Source of the DNA: Alphaproteobacteria bacterium
Lineage (GTDB): Bacteria; Pseudomonadota; Alphaproteobacteria; CALKHQ01
Assembly (NCBI GenBank): GCA_965227515.1
Contig: CBDDFZ010000001.1
Span: 3,188,797-3,252,796 of the forward strand
DNA length: 64,000 bases
Direction of reading: 5' to 3'
This document shows positions 9,614 through 19,732 of the stretch, piece after piece. Positions within the stretch are counted from its first letter, which is position 1. Every line of letters begins with the position of its first letter. Below the pieces are notes generated by a model. That model was given only the letters and a program-made list of their open reading frames with translations, was not told the DNA's origin and ran no database searches. A program made the position numbers and the translations under genes.

Positions 9614-10966
9614 ATGAACCTAGATAGCGACTATATTGCTCGCGGTGAGAAATCTCGCCTTTTTCCAATTCTGTCGGAAACTTCCAAAGAAGGGCGTTCG
9701 CTTTCAATATTCCTAGCTTGTTTGGCATGCGTGAATGAGTTTGGGGCCGCGTTATTAGCCGACATAGGTCAAAGGATAGGCAAGCGTACATCAATTGCAA
9801 CTTACACTGAAGTCGTATTGCGGAAAGGGGGCGAAAAATTACGTCGACCCGATGGCCTGATAACCTTGTCAACCGGTTCAAGGAAATGGACTGCTCTTGT
9901 CGAGGCCAAAGTTGGGAGCACTGAGCTTTCCTCAGAGCAGCTTGAGGATTATATTGAAATTGCAAAACTAAATCAGATTGATGCGTTGATTACCATATCG
10001 AATCAGTTTGCAGCCCTTCCAACACACCATCCTATTGCCTTATCTGCTAGTACGCGCAAAAAGGTCGACATATATCATTGGTCGTGGATGTATGTTGTTA
10101 CTCAGGCCAGCCTTCTTCTGTCTGATGATAGTATAAATGATCGAGATCAGAAGATAATTTTGAAGGAAATGGTGCGTTTTCTCACCCACCCTAGCGCTGG
10201 TGTGAAGAATTTTGATCAAATGCCTGCTGTGTGGGCCGATGTTGTCAAGAAGATACAATTAGGTGGGGCGATATCGCCAAGTTCTGATGAAGCGAGAGAG
10301 GTTGTCGGGGCTTGGCATCAGGAACTGAGGGACTTAACCCTAATCCTTTCCAGACAGCTTGGTGCAGACGTCGCACTACAAATTTCTCGCGCGCATTCCT
10401 CGGACCCTGTGGCTCGCCAAAAGGCAGGCGTTACGGAGCTTGTTGATAAACTCTGCCTAACGGCGGTCGTCATCGTTCCAGATGCGGCGTCGCCGATTGA
10501 GATATGTGTGGACCTACAGAAGCGATCTGTCTCCGTGTCGATGAAATTGAGGGCTCCGACGGATCGAAAGAGTACTAAGGCGCGAGTAAATTGGTTGCTC
10601 AGACAGCTTCCTGAGGATTGTGGCACAGATGTTCATGTGCGGCTTCTTTGGCCAGGCCGAGCGGCGCATACGCAGTATCCTATTAAGAATTTGCGGGATG
10701 ACCCCGCTCTATCCTCAAATGAGCGAGAAAATCTCGTAGTCTTATCTTTCCAGATCGTACTTATTCGAGATTTGGGTGGCCGCTTTGGACAACGAAAGAA
10801 CTTCATTAAGGAGCTGGAAGCTGCAGTGCCTGACTTTTATGAGTCAGCAGGTCAACACCTCAAACCTTGGCAGGCCCGACCTCCGAAGTTGGCAGAGGAC
10901 AAGACGGGGCCAGAAACTGTCAACCCGGAAGCGATCTACGAAGAGGTGGAGAAGTCCGCAACCTAG
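9614..10966 (+). CDS. hypothetical protein with N-terminal PD-(D/E)xK nuclease-like motif, encoded on a low-GC islet
   Basis: GGGAGG SD 6 nt upstream of the ATG. Motif RRPDGLITLSTGSRKWTALVEAKVG (PD...ExK). Local GC is about 45% against a 67% background. Confidence 0.7.
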   Translation: MNLDSDYIARGEKSRLFPILSETSKEGRSLSIFLACLACVNEFGAALLADIGQRIGKRTSIATYTEVVLRKGGEKLRRPDGLITLSTGSRKWTALVEAKVGSTELSSEQLEDYIEIAKLNQIDALITISNQFAALPTHHPIALSASTRKKVDIYHWSWMYVVTQASLLLSDDSINDRDQKIILKEMVRFLTHPSAGVKNFDQMPAVWADVVKKIQLGGAISPSSDEAREVVGAWHQELRDLTLILSRQLGADVALQISRAHSSDPVARQKAGVTELVDKLCLTAVVIVPDAASPIEICVDLQKRSVSVSMKLRAPTDRKSTKARVNWLLRQLPEDCGTDVHVRLLWPGRAAHTQYPIKNLRDDPALSSNERENLVVLSFQIVLIRDLGGRFGQRKNFIKELEAAVPDFYESAGQHLKPWQARPPKLAEDKTGPETVNPEAIYEEVEKSAT

Positions 10967-10981
10967 CGATGAGCCACTGAA

Positions 10982-12973
10982 TCAGATATCCAGGCTCTCG
11001 GCGTAGGCGGCGTTCTGCTGGATGAAGGCGAGCCGGCGTTCCGGCTTACGGCCCATCAGCGACTCCACCAGCGCGGCCGTGCCCTCCGGCGCCACCACCG
11101 CGTCCTCCACGACAGAAACACGCAGCAGGCTGCGGGTCGCGGGGTCCATGGTGGTCTCGCGCAATTGCTTCGGCGGCATCTCGCCCAGGCCCTTGAAGCG
11201 GCTGATCTCGACCTTGCCGGTACCCTTAAAGTGCTTGGCGATCAGCCGGTCGCGGTCGGCCTCGTCGCGGGCATAGACGGTGTCGCCGCCACGGCTCAGC
11301 CGGTAGAGCGGCGGGATCGCGAGATAGAGGTGCCCGTCCTCGATCAGCTTCGGCATCTCGCGGAAGAAGAAGGTCATCAGCAGGGCTGCGATATGGGCGC
11401 CGTCCACATCGGCGTCGGTCATGATGATCACGCGCTCGTAGCGCAGGTCGTCGCCGCGATAGCCCGCACCGCTGCCGCAGCCGAGCGCCTGGATCAGGTC
11501 GGCCACTTCCTGGTTCTGGCGCAGTTTCTCAGCCGAGGCGCTGGCGACGTTCAGGATCTTGCCGCGCAGGGGCAGAATCGCCTGGGTGTGGCGGTCGCGC
11601 GCCTGCTTGGCCGAACCGCCGGCGCTGTCGCCCTCGACCAGGAAGATCTCGCTGCCCGCCGCCACGTTGGAGGCGCAGTCGGCCAGCTTGCCCGGCAGGC
11701 GCAGCTTGCGCGAGGTCGCGGTCTTGCGCGCCAGTTCGCGCTGCTGGCGGCGGCGCTGGCGCTCCTCCGCACGCTCCAGGGCGTGGGCCAGCAAGGCATT
11801 GGCGGTGGCGGTGTCGCTGGCGATCCAGTGGTCGAAATGATCCTTAATCGCGGCATCGACCAGGCGCACCGCGCCCGGCATCGCCAGCCGCTCCTTGGTC
11901 TGGCCCTGGAATTGCGGGTCGCGGATGAACAGCGACAGCAGCACATGCGCCCCATCGACGATGTCCTCGGTGGCGATCTGGCCGCCGCGCTTGTTGCCGA
12001 CCAGCTCGGCATAGCCGCGCAGCCCCTTGGTCAGCGCGTTGCGCAGGCCCTGCTCGTGGCTGCCGCCCTGGGGCGTCGGCACCGTGTTGCAGTAGGAGCG
12101 CAGCGCGCCGTCCTGGTCCAGCGGCCAGGCGATGGCCCATTCGACCTTGCCCTGCCCCTCGCCCAGCTCCACGGCGCCCGAGAACGGCGTGCCGGTAACC
12201 TGCTGGCGGTCGCCGAGTGTGGCGGCCAGGAAGTCCGCCAATCCGCCCGGGAAATGCAGGGTCGCTTCGGCGGGCGTGCGGCTGCCGTCGTCCAGCAGCG
12301 CCGAGTCGCAGGTCCAGCGGATCTCGACGCCCCGGTGCAGATACGCCTTGGAGCGCGCCATCTCATAGAGGCGCTGCGGCTTCAGGGACTGGGGGCCGAA
12401 GATCGCCGGGTCGGGGCGAAAGCGCACCAGCGTGCCGCGGCGGTTGTTGACCGCGCCCTTGTCCTGCAGCGGCCCGGTCGGCACGCCCTGGCGGAACGAC
12501 TGGGTCCACAGACGGCGGTCCCGCGCGACCTCCATCTCCAGCTCTTCCGACAACGCATTCACCACTGAGAGGCCGACGCCGTGCAGTCCGCCCGCGGTGG
12601 CGTAGGCCTTGCCGCCGAACTTGCCGCCGGAATGCAGCGTGGTGAGGATCACCTCCAGCGCCGACTTGTCAGGGAACTTCGGATGCGGGTCGACCGGAAT
12701 ACCGCGCCCGTTGTCGCGCACCGTGACCGCGCCGTCGGCGGCGAGGTCGATGGCGATCCAACTGGCGTGGCCGGCCACCGCCTCGTCCATCGCGTTGTCG
12801 AGAAGCTCGGCGACCAGGTGATGCAGCGCGCGCTCGTCGGTGCCGCCGATGTACATGCCCGGCCGGCGGCGGACCGGCTCCAGCCCCTCCAGAACCTCGA
12901 TGTCCTGGGCGGTGTAGTCGGTGTCCCGCGCGGTGGCGGAGCCGAACAGGTCGGCAGCTTCGGCATTGCTCAT
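10982..12973 (-). CDS. parE: DNA topoisomerase IV subunit B
   Basis: N-terminus MSNAEAADLFGS...EVLEGLEPVRRRPGMYIGGTD with GHKL ATPase, TOPRIM and EGDSAGG motifs. At about 664 aa it lacks the GyrB insertion. The ORF-track extension to 13435 is upstream read-through. Confidence 0.8.
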   Translation of the reverse strand: MSNAEAADLFGSATARDTDYTAQDIEVLEGLEPVRRRPGMYIGGTDERALHHLVAELLDNAMDEAVAGHASWIAIDLAADGAVTVRDNGRGIPVDPHPKFPDKSALEVILTTLHSGGKFGGKAYATAGGLHGVGLSVVNALSEELEMEVARDRRLWTQSFRQGVPTGPLQDKGAVNNRRGTLVRFRPDPAIFGPQSLKPQRLYEMARSKAYLHRGVEIRWTCDSALLDDGSRTPAEATLHFPGGLADFLAATLGDRQQVTGTPFSGAVELGEGQGKVEWAIAWPLDQDGALRSYCNTVPTPQGGSHEQGLRNALTKGLRGYAELVGNKRGGQIATEDIVDGAHVLLSLFIRDPQFQGQTKERLAMPGAVRLVDAAIKDHFDHWIASDTATANALLAHALERAEERQRRRQQRELARKTATSRKLRLPGKLADCASNVAAGSEIFLVEGDSAGGSAKQARDRHTQAILPLRGKILNVASASAEKLRQNQEVADLIQALGCGSGAGYRGDDLRYERVIIMTDADVDGAHIAALLMTFFFREMPKLIEDGHLYLAIPPLYRLSRGGDTVYARDEADRDRLIAKHFKGTGKVEISRFKGLGEMPPKQLRETTMDPATRSLLRVSVVEDAVVAPEGTAALVESLMGRKPERRLAFIQQNAAYAESLDI

Positions 12974-13091
12974 GGCCGCGTTATAGGCACGCGACTCACG
13001 GCGCGGCAAGCGGGGCGATGGCAGCGGCGCTGCGCCATTGATCCCGCCGGTCGGTACCGCGACAATGCGTGGAACAGTCTTGAGGAAACAT

Positions 13092-13493
13092 ATGCCGGAC
13101 AAACCGTCCCAGTCGCCCGGCGACGGCCCGCGCGGCCAGCTCGCCACCCAGACCATCGCCATGCCGGCGGACACCAACCCGTCCGGCGACATCTTCGGCG
13201 GCTGGCTGCTCAGCCAGATGGACCTGGGCGGCGCCGTGGTGGCGCGCGAGCGTGCCGGCGGCCGGATCGCCACCGTGGCCATCGACTCGATGACCTTCCG
13301 CCGCCCGGTGCATGTCGGCGACCTGGTGAGCTGCCATGCCGAGGTCATCAAGGTCGGGCGGACCTCGATCCGCGTGGCGGTGGAGGCCTGGGCAACGCGC
13401 GCCAACGGTGTGCGCGACCTCGTCACCCAGGGCACCTATACCTATGTCGCCATCGACGAGGATCGCCAACCCCGGGTGATTGGGCCAAGGTGA
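13092..13493 (+). CDS. acyl-CoA thioesterase (YciA-like hotdog fold)
   Basis: TIAMPADTNPSGDIFGGWLLSQMD motif. The start is taken at MPDKPSQ. Confidence 0.75.
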   Translation: MPDKPSQSPGDGPRGQLATQTIAMPADTNPSGDIFGGWLLSQMDLGGAVVARERAGGRIATVAIDSMTFRRPVHVGDLVSCHAEVIKVGRTSIRVAVEAWATRANGVRDLVTQGTYTYVAIDEDRQPRVIGPR

Positions 13494-13558
13494 TCTGCCC
13501 CGCCCCCTGCCCCTGACCCCTTCCCTGCCCACCGACAACCCTTCGAACAGGAACCGAC

Positions 13559-13861
13559 ATGATCAGACACATGGTTTGCGTGCGCTATCGCAGCGACGTG
13601 ACGGACGCACAAGTACGTGACATCCAGCAGGCGCTGGCGGCGCTGAAGGACCGCATCGGCGGCTTTCAATCCATTGAATTCATGAGTAATTTGAGCCCGG
13701 AGGGCATGGACCACGGGTTCAGCGAGGGCTTCCTGATCACCTTCGACGGCGTTGCCGCCCGCGATGCCTATCTGGCAGACAGTGAGCACGCGAAGGCCGG
13801 CGAGAAGCTGGTCGCGGCGGCAGAGGGCGGAAAGGATGGCATCTTTGTCTTCGATTTCTAA
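13559..13861 (+). CDS. Dabb (stress-responsive dimeric alpha/beta barrel) family protein
   Basis: 100 aa with an MIRHMVCVRYRSDVTDAQV...GFLITFDGVAARDAYL pattern. Confidence 0.65.
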   Translation: MIRHMVCVRYRSDVTDAQVRDIQQALAALKDRIGGFQSIEFMSNLSPEGMDHGFSEGFLITFDGVAARDAYLADSEHAKAGEKLVAAAEGGKDGIFVFDF

Positions 13862-14228
13862 GGCGCTGAGTGCTGTGGTCGTGGCGGCGGCGCTGGCCGT
13901 GCCGTCGTCGCTGGCCCTGGCCGGCGAAGCCGACGTGGTGGCGGTGGAAGCGCACATGACGGCACCCGGCGTCTACCGCTTCGACGTGTCGGTGCGCCAT
14001 GACGACACCGGCTGGGACCACTACGCCAACGCCTGGGAGGTGGTGGCGCCCGACGGCACCGTGCTCGGCACCCGCGAGCTGCTGCACCCGCACGAAAACG
14101 AGCAGCCCTTCACCCGCTCGCTCTCCGGCGTCGAAATCCCCGACGACATCGCCACGGTCACCGTGCGTGCCGTCGACAGCGTGCACGACCGCGGCGGCGC
14201 CGAAATGTCGGTGGACCTGCCGCGCTAG
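13836..14228 (+). CDS. secreted hypothetical protein
   Basis: Signal peptide MASLSSISKALSAVVVAAALAVPSSLALA. It overlaps the 3' end of the Dabb gene by 26 nt in a different frame. Confidence 0.5.
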   Translation: MASLSSISKALSAVVVAAALAVPSSLALAGEADVVAVEAHMTAPGVYRFDVSVRHDDTGWDHYANAWEVVAPDGTVLGTRELLHPHENEQPFTRSLSGVEIPDDIATVTVRAVDSVHDRGGAEMSVDLPR

Positions 14229-14302
14229 CATCCTGGATATGCGTCAGTCGCATGGGTAATGCCGCCGCGATGTGCTACGCAGCACGCAGCGGGAGGGGCC
14301 TC

Positions 14303-15277
14303 ATGCGCATCGTATTCCACGGATTGTTCGCCACCAGCTTTGCCGACGGCATGGCCGACGTGCTGCCATCTGGCGCCGAGGTCGCTTGCCTGCCGGACGA
14401 TCTCGCGTCGGATGCCGACCGCGCAACCTATGCCGCGGCCGAGGTCATCGTCTCACCGGTGTTCAAGGAGAGCTTCCCGCGCCCCGATGGGCTGAAGCTG
14501 TTCCACATTCCCGGCGCCGGTTTCGATGGGGTGGCGTTCGATGCGCTGCCGCCGGACGCGGTGGTCTGCAACTGCTTCGGCCACGAGGATGCGATGGCCG
14601 AGTACGTGATGGCGACGCTGCTGGCGCGCACGATACCATTCGCTGAGGCAGACCGCGACCTGCGCCAGGGCGTGTGGACCCATCGCTCCGGCCCCATCGA
14701 AACGCTGCACGGCGAACTCGGCAGCCAGACCATGGGGCTGCTCGGCTACGGCCACATCGGCAAGGCGGTGGCGGTGCGGGCTAAGGCGTTCGGCATGCAG
14801 GTGCACGTCGCCAATCGCAGCCCGGTCGCCCCGTCGGATGTGGTGGACACGGCATTCGGCCTCGACCGTCTGGACGAGTTCCTGGGCTCGGTCGACGTGG
14901 TTGTGGTCAGCGTGCCGCTGGTGCCGGAGACCGAGGGCCTTGTCGACGCGGCCGCGCTGGCGACCATGCGGCCGAACGCCGTGCTGATCAACGTCGCGCG
15001 CGGCCCGGTGGTGGACGAGAACGCGCTCTACGCGGCGCTACGGGACAACCGGATCGGCGGCGCGATCATCGACACCTGGTATCGCTATCCCACCGCCGAC
15101 ACGCCGCAGCCGTTGCCGTCGACCGCCCCGCTGCACGAGCTTCCCAATATACTGATGACGCCCCATATGTCGGGATGGACACAGGGCATGCGCGCGCGGC
15201 GGCAGCGCGTTATTGCGGACAATGTTGCGCGGCGCTTCGTGGGCGAGCTGTGCATCAATCGGATCTGGCCCCGGTAG
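14303..15277 (+). CDS. D-isomer-specific 2-hydroxyacid dehydrogenase family, NAD-binding
   Basis: GLLGYGHIGKAVAVRAKAFGMQV Rossmann motif. The start is taken at MRIVFHG. Confidence 0.75.
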   Translation: MRIVFHGLFATSFADGMADVLPSGAEVACLPDDLASDADRATYAAAEVIVSPVFKESFPRPDGLKLFHIPGAGFDGVAFDALPPDAVVCNCFGHEDAMAEYVMATLLARTIPFAEADRDLRQGVWTHRSGPIETLHGELGSQTMGLLGYGHIGKAVAVRAKAFGMQVHVANRSPVAPSDVVDTAFGLDRLDEFLGSVDVVVVSVPLVPETEGLVDAAALATMRPNAVLINVARGPVVDENALYAALRDNRIGGAIIDTWYRYPTADTPQPLPSTAPLHELPNILMTPHMSGWTQGMRARRQRVIADNVARRFVGELCINRIWPR

Positions 15278-15340
15278 CGCGCTTTTACGCGCTGGGGTAC
15301 ACCGGCGCCGCTGCTTCGGCGGCGCACTGACCATACAGGT

Positions 15341-15356
15341 TGTGACGCGCCTCACA
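15341..15356. promoter_or_regulatory. CRP/FNR-type palindrome TGTGA-N6-TCACA upstream of the peroxiredoxin gene
   Basis: Perfect TGTGACGCGCCTCACA about 155 nt upstream of the Prx ATG. Confidence 0.3.
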
Positions 15357-15510
15357 GTCGTGCCGGCATGTTCGCCAATTCCGACGAATTGCGGACATTA
15401 TCGCCCGATAACCAACGTCGCGGCTAGCCCCACGCACTTTGGGGGTGGCCCGTCAACATCGGTTCTTGCCGGCCCAAAACCGCGGTCGGCCTATTGCCAG
15501 GGAGCAAAAT

Positions 15511-16170
15511 ATGTCGCTAAGGATCAATAGTGTAGCGCCGGACTTTGAAGCCGAAACCACGGAAGGCCGGATCAAATTCCATGACTGGATCGGTGACGGT
15601 TGGGCGGTGTTGTTCTCGCACCCGAAGGACTTCACGCCGGTCTGCACCACCGAACTCGGTTACATGGCGCGCCTCAAACCGGAATTCGAAAAGCGCAACT
15701 GCAAGATCATCGGACTGAGCGTCGACCCGGTGGACAACCACACCAAGTGGGCGCAGGACATCGCCGACGTCATGGGGGCAGCCCCGAACTATCCGATGAT
15801 CGGTGACACCGACCTGAAGGTGGCCAAGCTCTACAACATGCTGCCGGAGGAGACTGCCGGTGGATCCGAGGGCCGAACTGCTGCCGACAATGCCACCGTA
15901 CGCTCGGTCTTCGTCATTGGGCCGGACAAGCAGATCAAGCTGATCCTGACCTATCCCATGAGCACGGGCCGTAACTTCGACGAGATACTGCGCGTGTTGG
16001 ACAGCATGCAGCTCACCGCCAAGCACAAGGTGGCGACGCCCGTGAACTGGCGGAACGGCGAAGACGTGATCATCGTACCGGCGGTGTCGGATGACGACGC
16101 CAAGAAGGCATTTCCAAACGGCTGGGACGCCAAGAAGCCATATCTGCGTGTGGTGCCACAGCCCCGATAG
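15511..16170 (+). CDS. peroxiredoxin (1-Cys/Prx6-type)
   Basis: MSLRINSVAPDFEAETTEGRIKFHDWIGDGWAVLFSHPKDFTPVCTTELG, with the peroxidatic Cys in the FTPVCTTE context. Confidence 0.85.
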   Translation: MSLRINSVAPDFEAETTEGRIKFHDWIGDGWAVLFSHPKDFTPVCTTELGYMARLKPEFEKRNCKIIGLSVDPVDNHTKWAQDIADVMGAAPNYPMIGDTDLKVAKLYNMLPEETAGGSEGRTAADNATVRSVFVIGPDKQIKLILTYPMSTGRNFDEILRVLDSMQLTAKHKVATPVNWRNGEDVIIVPAVSDDDAKKAFPNGWDAKKPYLRVVPQPR

Positions 16171-16210
16171 GCGTTAGGGAATACCCGGTGATGGCGTCTC
16201 GTCCTGGAGC

Positions 16211-17479
16211 TCAAGACTCCGGTGCGAACACCATCACCAACCCCTCGGTCTCACGCACCGCCTCCTCGGTCGTATCCTCGTAGAGCACGATCGCATCCTC
16301 GGTCATCGTGATGCTGACCTCGCCGTCGATGGTCATGTACCCCGTGGCAGCGATCCTGCCGTCTGGCAGGACCGTAACATCGTTGAAGTTGCTGCTCAGC
16401 GGATGGTCGGATTCGAACCGCCAGACCACGTCTCCCGCCGCGTCGAAGCGCACGGCGAGCGCCCGCGAGCTCGCGTCGGCATCGTCCTTCAAGTAGCCGA
16501 CCGCGACCGCCCCACCGTCCGGCATCGCGGCCACGGCGTCTATTATGACCGACCAGGCATCGTCGAGCGTGGCCTGGGTGGTGACCGCGCCATCGTCGTC
16601 GGTCCACAGCACGACGCCATGAAACGCCCGCACCTCCGGGTTCGGCCAGTGAAAGCCGGCCATGACCGCGCCGCCGTCGGGCAGTGCGGCCACCCCGTTC
16701 AGCCGGCCGATGAATTCGAAGGTCTGTTCCGAAACGACGGTGCCGGACCGGTCCAGGCGCACCGCCCACTGCTGCTCCAACTCCTCCGTACCGGTCCAGC
16801 CCACCGCGAGCACGTCGCCATCCGGCAGACCCGCCACATCGCCGATGCCGGTGTCCTCCGGCCCCTGGAATTGCTGGTGCGCTCTCACGCTGCCAGACGG
16901 CGCGAACCAGATCAGGAAAGCGTCGGCGGCGAGCGAACCGCCGGGCGAGTACGGCTGGGCGAGCACGAAGTTGCCGTTCGCCGTCGTGTCCAAGGACGCC
17001 GAGAACGAGTTCCTCGCAAGCTCGATCGTGCCCTTGTAGATGTTGGCGAGGTGGTTGGCGTCGAAGATGACGAGACCGGCGACGTAGCTGTCGCCCGGTT
17101 GCCAGCGGTCGAACGTGAGGCCGGTGATTCCGCTCGGCAAGATCGCGACGTCGGTCGACTTGGCGCGCATGCCGTCGCCGGTCAGTTGCTCGAACTTCAC
17201 GACGTCGCCCTCGGGCGACAGAATCGCGTAAAGCGCGGTGAACCCGGCATCGATGATGCCGCTGCCGACAGCCACGATCCCGCCGTCCGGCCGCACGTCG
17301 ATGCCGTGGAACGATTGAAGCCCGGCCATTTCGGTCAGGTACGACCATGCGATGTCAGGGGCGTCTTGGGTTTGCGCGCCTGCCGGCGCCGAGGCGACCG
17401 CCAGCCCCAGTGCAAACAGGCCGACAGCCGCCGTTCGACACCGGCTCCATCGCTCGCTCATCACTCGCTCCCTGCTCAT
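16211..17479 (-). CDS. secreted repeat protein (delta-60/beta-propeller-like LPDGG repeats)
   Basis: Signal peptide, then about 7 repeats every 50-60 aa with a [LM]PDGG[IA]V[AM]VG-like core. Confidence 0.5.
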   Translation of the reverse strand: MSRERVMSERWSRCRTAAVGLFALGLAVASAPAGAQTQDAPDIAWSYLTEMAGLQSFHGIDVRPDGGIVAVGSGIIDAGFTALYAILSPEGDVVKFEQLTGDGMRAKSTDVAILPSGITGLTFDRWQPGDSYVAGLVIFDANHLANIYKGTIELARNSFSASLDTTANGNFVLAQPYSPGGSLAADAFLIWFAPSGSVRAHQQFQGPEDTGIGDVAGLPDGDVLAVGWTGTEELEQQWAVRLDRSGTVVSEQTFEFIGRLNGVAALPDGGAVMAGFHWPNPEVRAFHGVVLWTDDDGAVTTQATLDDAWSVIIDAVAAMPDGGAVAVGYLKDDADASSRALAVRFDAAGDVVWRFESDHPLSSNFNDVTVLPDGRIAATGYMTIDGEVSITMTEDAIVLYEDTTEEAVRETEGLVMVFAPES

Positions 17480-17523
17480 GGCCGCACCTCCCGAACGCGT
17501 CGGGCACAGGGTAGATTGCCGCC

Positions 17524-17564
17524 AGGCAAAGAGAAACCCCGCCGGAGAGGCGTCCGGCGGGGTT
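17524..17564 (-). terminator. Rho-independent terminator of glnA
   Basis: Minus-strand GC-rich hairpin AACCCCGCCGGACGCCTCTCCGGCGGGGTT followed by TTTCTCTTT, 70 nt after the glnA stop. Confidence 0.6.
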
Positions 17565-17634
17565 CTCGTAGGCTTCCGCTGTGGGCCCTGCCAGGCAGGG
17601 CCCTTGGGGAGCGACTAGCAGGCCGTCAATACGA

Positions 17635-19044
17635 TCAGCACGAGTAGTACATCACGTACTCGATCGGATGCGGCGCGGTCTCGAAGGTCACCAGGTCCTC
17701 TTCCTTCAGCGCGATGTAGCCGTCGATCATGTCGTCGGTGAACACATCGCCCTTGGTCAGGAAGCTGCGGTCGGCGTCCAGCGCCTCCATGGCCTGGCGC
17801 AGCGACGAGCACACCGTCGGCACGCCCTCCAGCTCTTCCGGCGGCAGGTCGTAGAGGTCCTTGTCCATCGGCTCGCCCGGATGGATCTTGTTCTGGATGC
17901 CGTCCAGGCCCGCCATCAGCATCGCCGCGAACGCCAGGTACGGGTTGCTGGCCGGATCCGGGAAGCGGACCTCGACGCGCTTGGCCTTCGGGCTGGAGCC
18001 GAACGGAATACGGCACGACGCCGAGCGGTTGCGCGCCGAATAGGCCAGCAGGATCGGCGCCTCGAAGCCCGGCACCAGGCGCTTGTAGCTGTTGGTGGTG
18101 GAGTTGGTGAACGCGTTGATGGCGCGCGCGTGCTTGATGATGCCGCCGATGTAGTAGAGCGCGGTCTCCGACAGGTCGGCGTACTGCGAGCCGGCGAAGG
18201 TCGGATCGCCGCCCTTCCAGATCGACTGGTGCACGTGCATGCCGCTGCCGTTGTCGCCGAACACCGGCTTCGGCATGAAGGTCGCGGTCTTGCCGTAGGC
18301 ATGGGCCACATTGGCCACGCAGTACTTGTAGATCTGCAGCTCGTCGGCACCCTTCAGCAGGGTGTTGAAGCCGCAGCCAAGTTCGTGCTGCGACGGCGCC
18401 ACCTCGTGGTGGTGCTTCTCGATGGTCAGGCCCATCTCGCCCATGGTCGACAGCATCTCGGCGCGCAGGTCGACGCCGCTGTCCACCGGCGGCACCGGGA
18501 AATAGCCGCCCTTGGGCCGCGGCCGGTGGCCGTGGTTGCCTTCCTCGAAGCGCTTGGCGCTGACGTAGGGGCCTTCCTCGCTGTCGATCTCGAAGCCCGA
18601 GCGGTTCATGGTCACTTCGTAGCGCACGTCGTCGAACACGAAGAACTCGGCCTCGGGGCCGAAGTACGCGGTGTCGCCGATGCCGGTCTGGGCCAGATAG
18701 GCTTCCGCCTTCTTCGCCACGCCGCGCGGGTCGCGCTCATAGGGCTGGCCGGTCAGCGGCTCCAACACGTCGCAAAACAGGATCAGGGACGTCTGCGCCG
18801 CGAACGGATCGATGACCGCGGTCGACAGGTCCGGCATCAGGTTCATGTCGGATTCGTTGATCGCCTTCCAGCCGGCAATCGACGAGCCATCGAACATGAT
18901 GCCGTCGGTCAGCAAGTCGGCGTCGACGCTGTCGACGTACTGCGCCGTGTGTTGCCATTTGCCGCGCGGATCGGTGAAACGGAAGTCAACGTACTTGACC
19001 TCGTTCTCCTCGATCATCTTCATTACTGTATCGGCATCCGACAT
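17635..19044 (-). CDS. glnA: glutamine synthetase type I
   Basis: 469 aa, starting [32 protein letters not shown] with GS-I catalytic motifs. GGAGAGGGGAA SD. Confidence 0.9.
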   Translation of the reverse strand: MSDADTVMKMIEENEVKYVDFRFTDPRGKWQHTAQYVDSVDADLLTDGIMFDGSSIAGWKAINESDMNLMPDLSTAVIDPFAAQTSLILFCDVLEPLTGQPYERDPRGVAKKAEAYLAQTGIGDTAYFGPEAEFFVFDDVRYEVTMNRSGFEIDSEEGPYVSAKRFEEGNHGHRPRPKGGYFPVPPVDSGVDLRAEMLSTMGEMGLTIEKHHHEVAPSQHELGCGFNTLLKGADELQIYKYCVANVAHAYGKTATFMPKPVFGDNGSGMHVHQSIWKGGDPTFAGSQYADLSETALYYIGGIIKHARAINAFTNSTTNSYKRLVPGFEAPILLAYSARNRSASCRIPFGSSPKAKRVEVRFPDPASNPYLAFAAMLMAGLDGIQNKIHPGEPMDKDLYDLPPEELEGVPTVCSSLRQAMEALDADRSFLTKGDVFTDDMIDGYIALKEEDLVTFETAPHPIEYVMYYSC

Positions 19045-19134
19045 CTTATGTGTTCCCCTCTCCGTTGAATGGGTCAGTGGCTCCGGTCAAACCGGAATGC
19101 CTTGGGTCTTGTGGCTGGGTGAATTGGCAGACGG

Positions 19135-19524
<390 letters not shown>

Positions 19525-19605
19525 TCAGGCGTCGGCCAGGCACGCGCAGCGAACTCAGGCACAGCCGCAGTGTCGCATGTCGTTTCGAACCAGCGCCGTC
19601 ACGAA

Positions 19606-19620
19606 GCATGCTCCGTGCCA
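19606..19620 (-). promoter_or_regulatory. candidate sigma54 (-24/-12) promoter upstream of glnB
   Basis: Minus strand reads TGGCACGGAGCATGCT (GG-N10-GC), about 135 nt upstream of the glnB ATG. Confidence 0.4.
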
Positions 19621-19732
19621 ACATTGGCCGGGAATTGCCCGGCACGCGAAACCCGCGCCAATTGCCGCCGAATGCCCGCGCTTTCGGCTAAGCATGCCTT
19701 CTAAACGATCAATCGCCCAAAAAATAGGCACA

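Noticed and set aside
10982-13435. 817-aa version of the topoisomerase ORF, which might be GyrB by length
   Set aside because: The upstream 154 aa are low-complexity read-through. The conserved N-terminus starts at MSNAEAADLF (12973), and the resulting 664-aa protein lacks the GyrB C-terminal insertion, so it is called ParE.
15275-15300. Hairpin AGCGCG-CTTTTA-CGCGCT right after the 2-hydroxyacid dehydrogenase stop, as a terminator
   Set aside because: Short 6-bp stem and no downstream T-tract. It is too weak to call.
17582-17603. Palindrome GGGCCCTGCC-AGG-CAGGGCCC between glnA and the repeat-protein gene, as a regulatory site
   Set aside because: It could be part of the terminator region or a chance GC-rich palindrome. 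There is no second copy or adjacent promoter hexamers to support a call.
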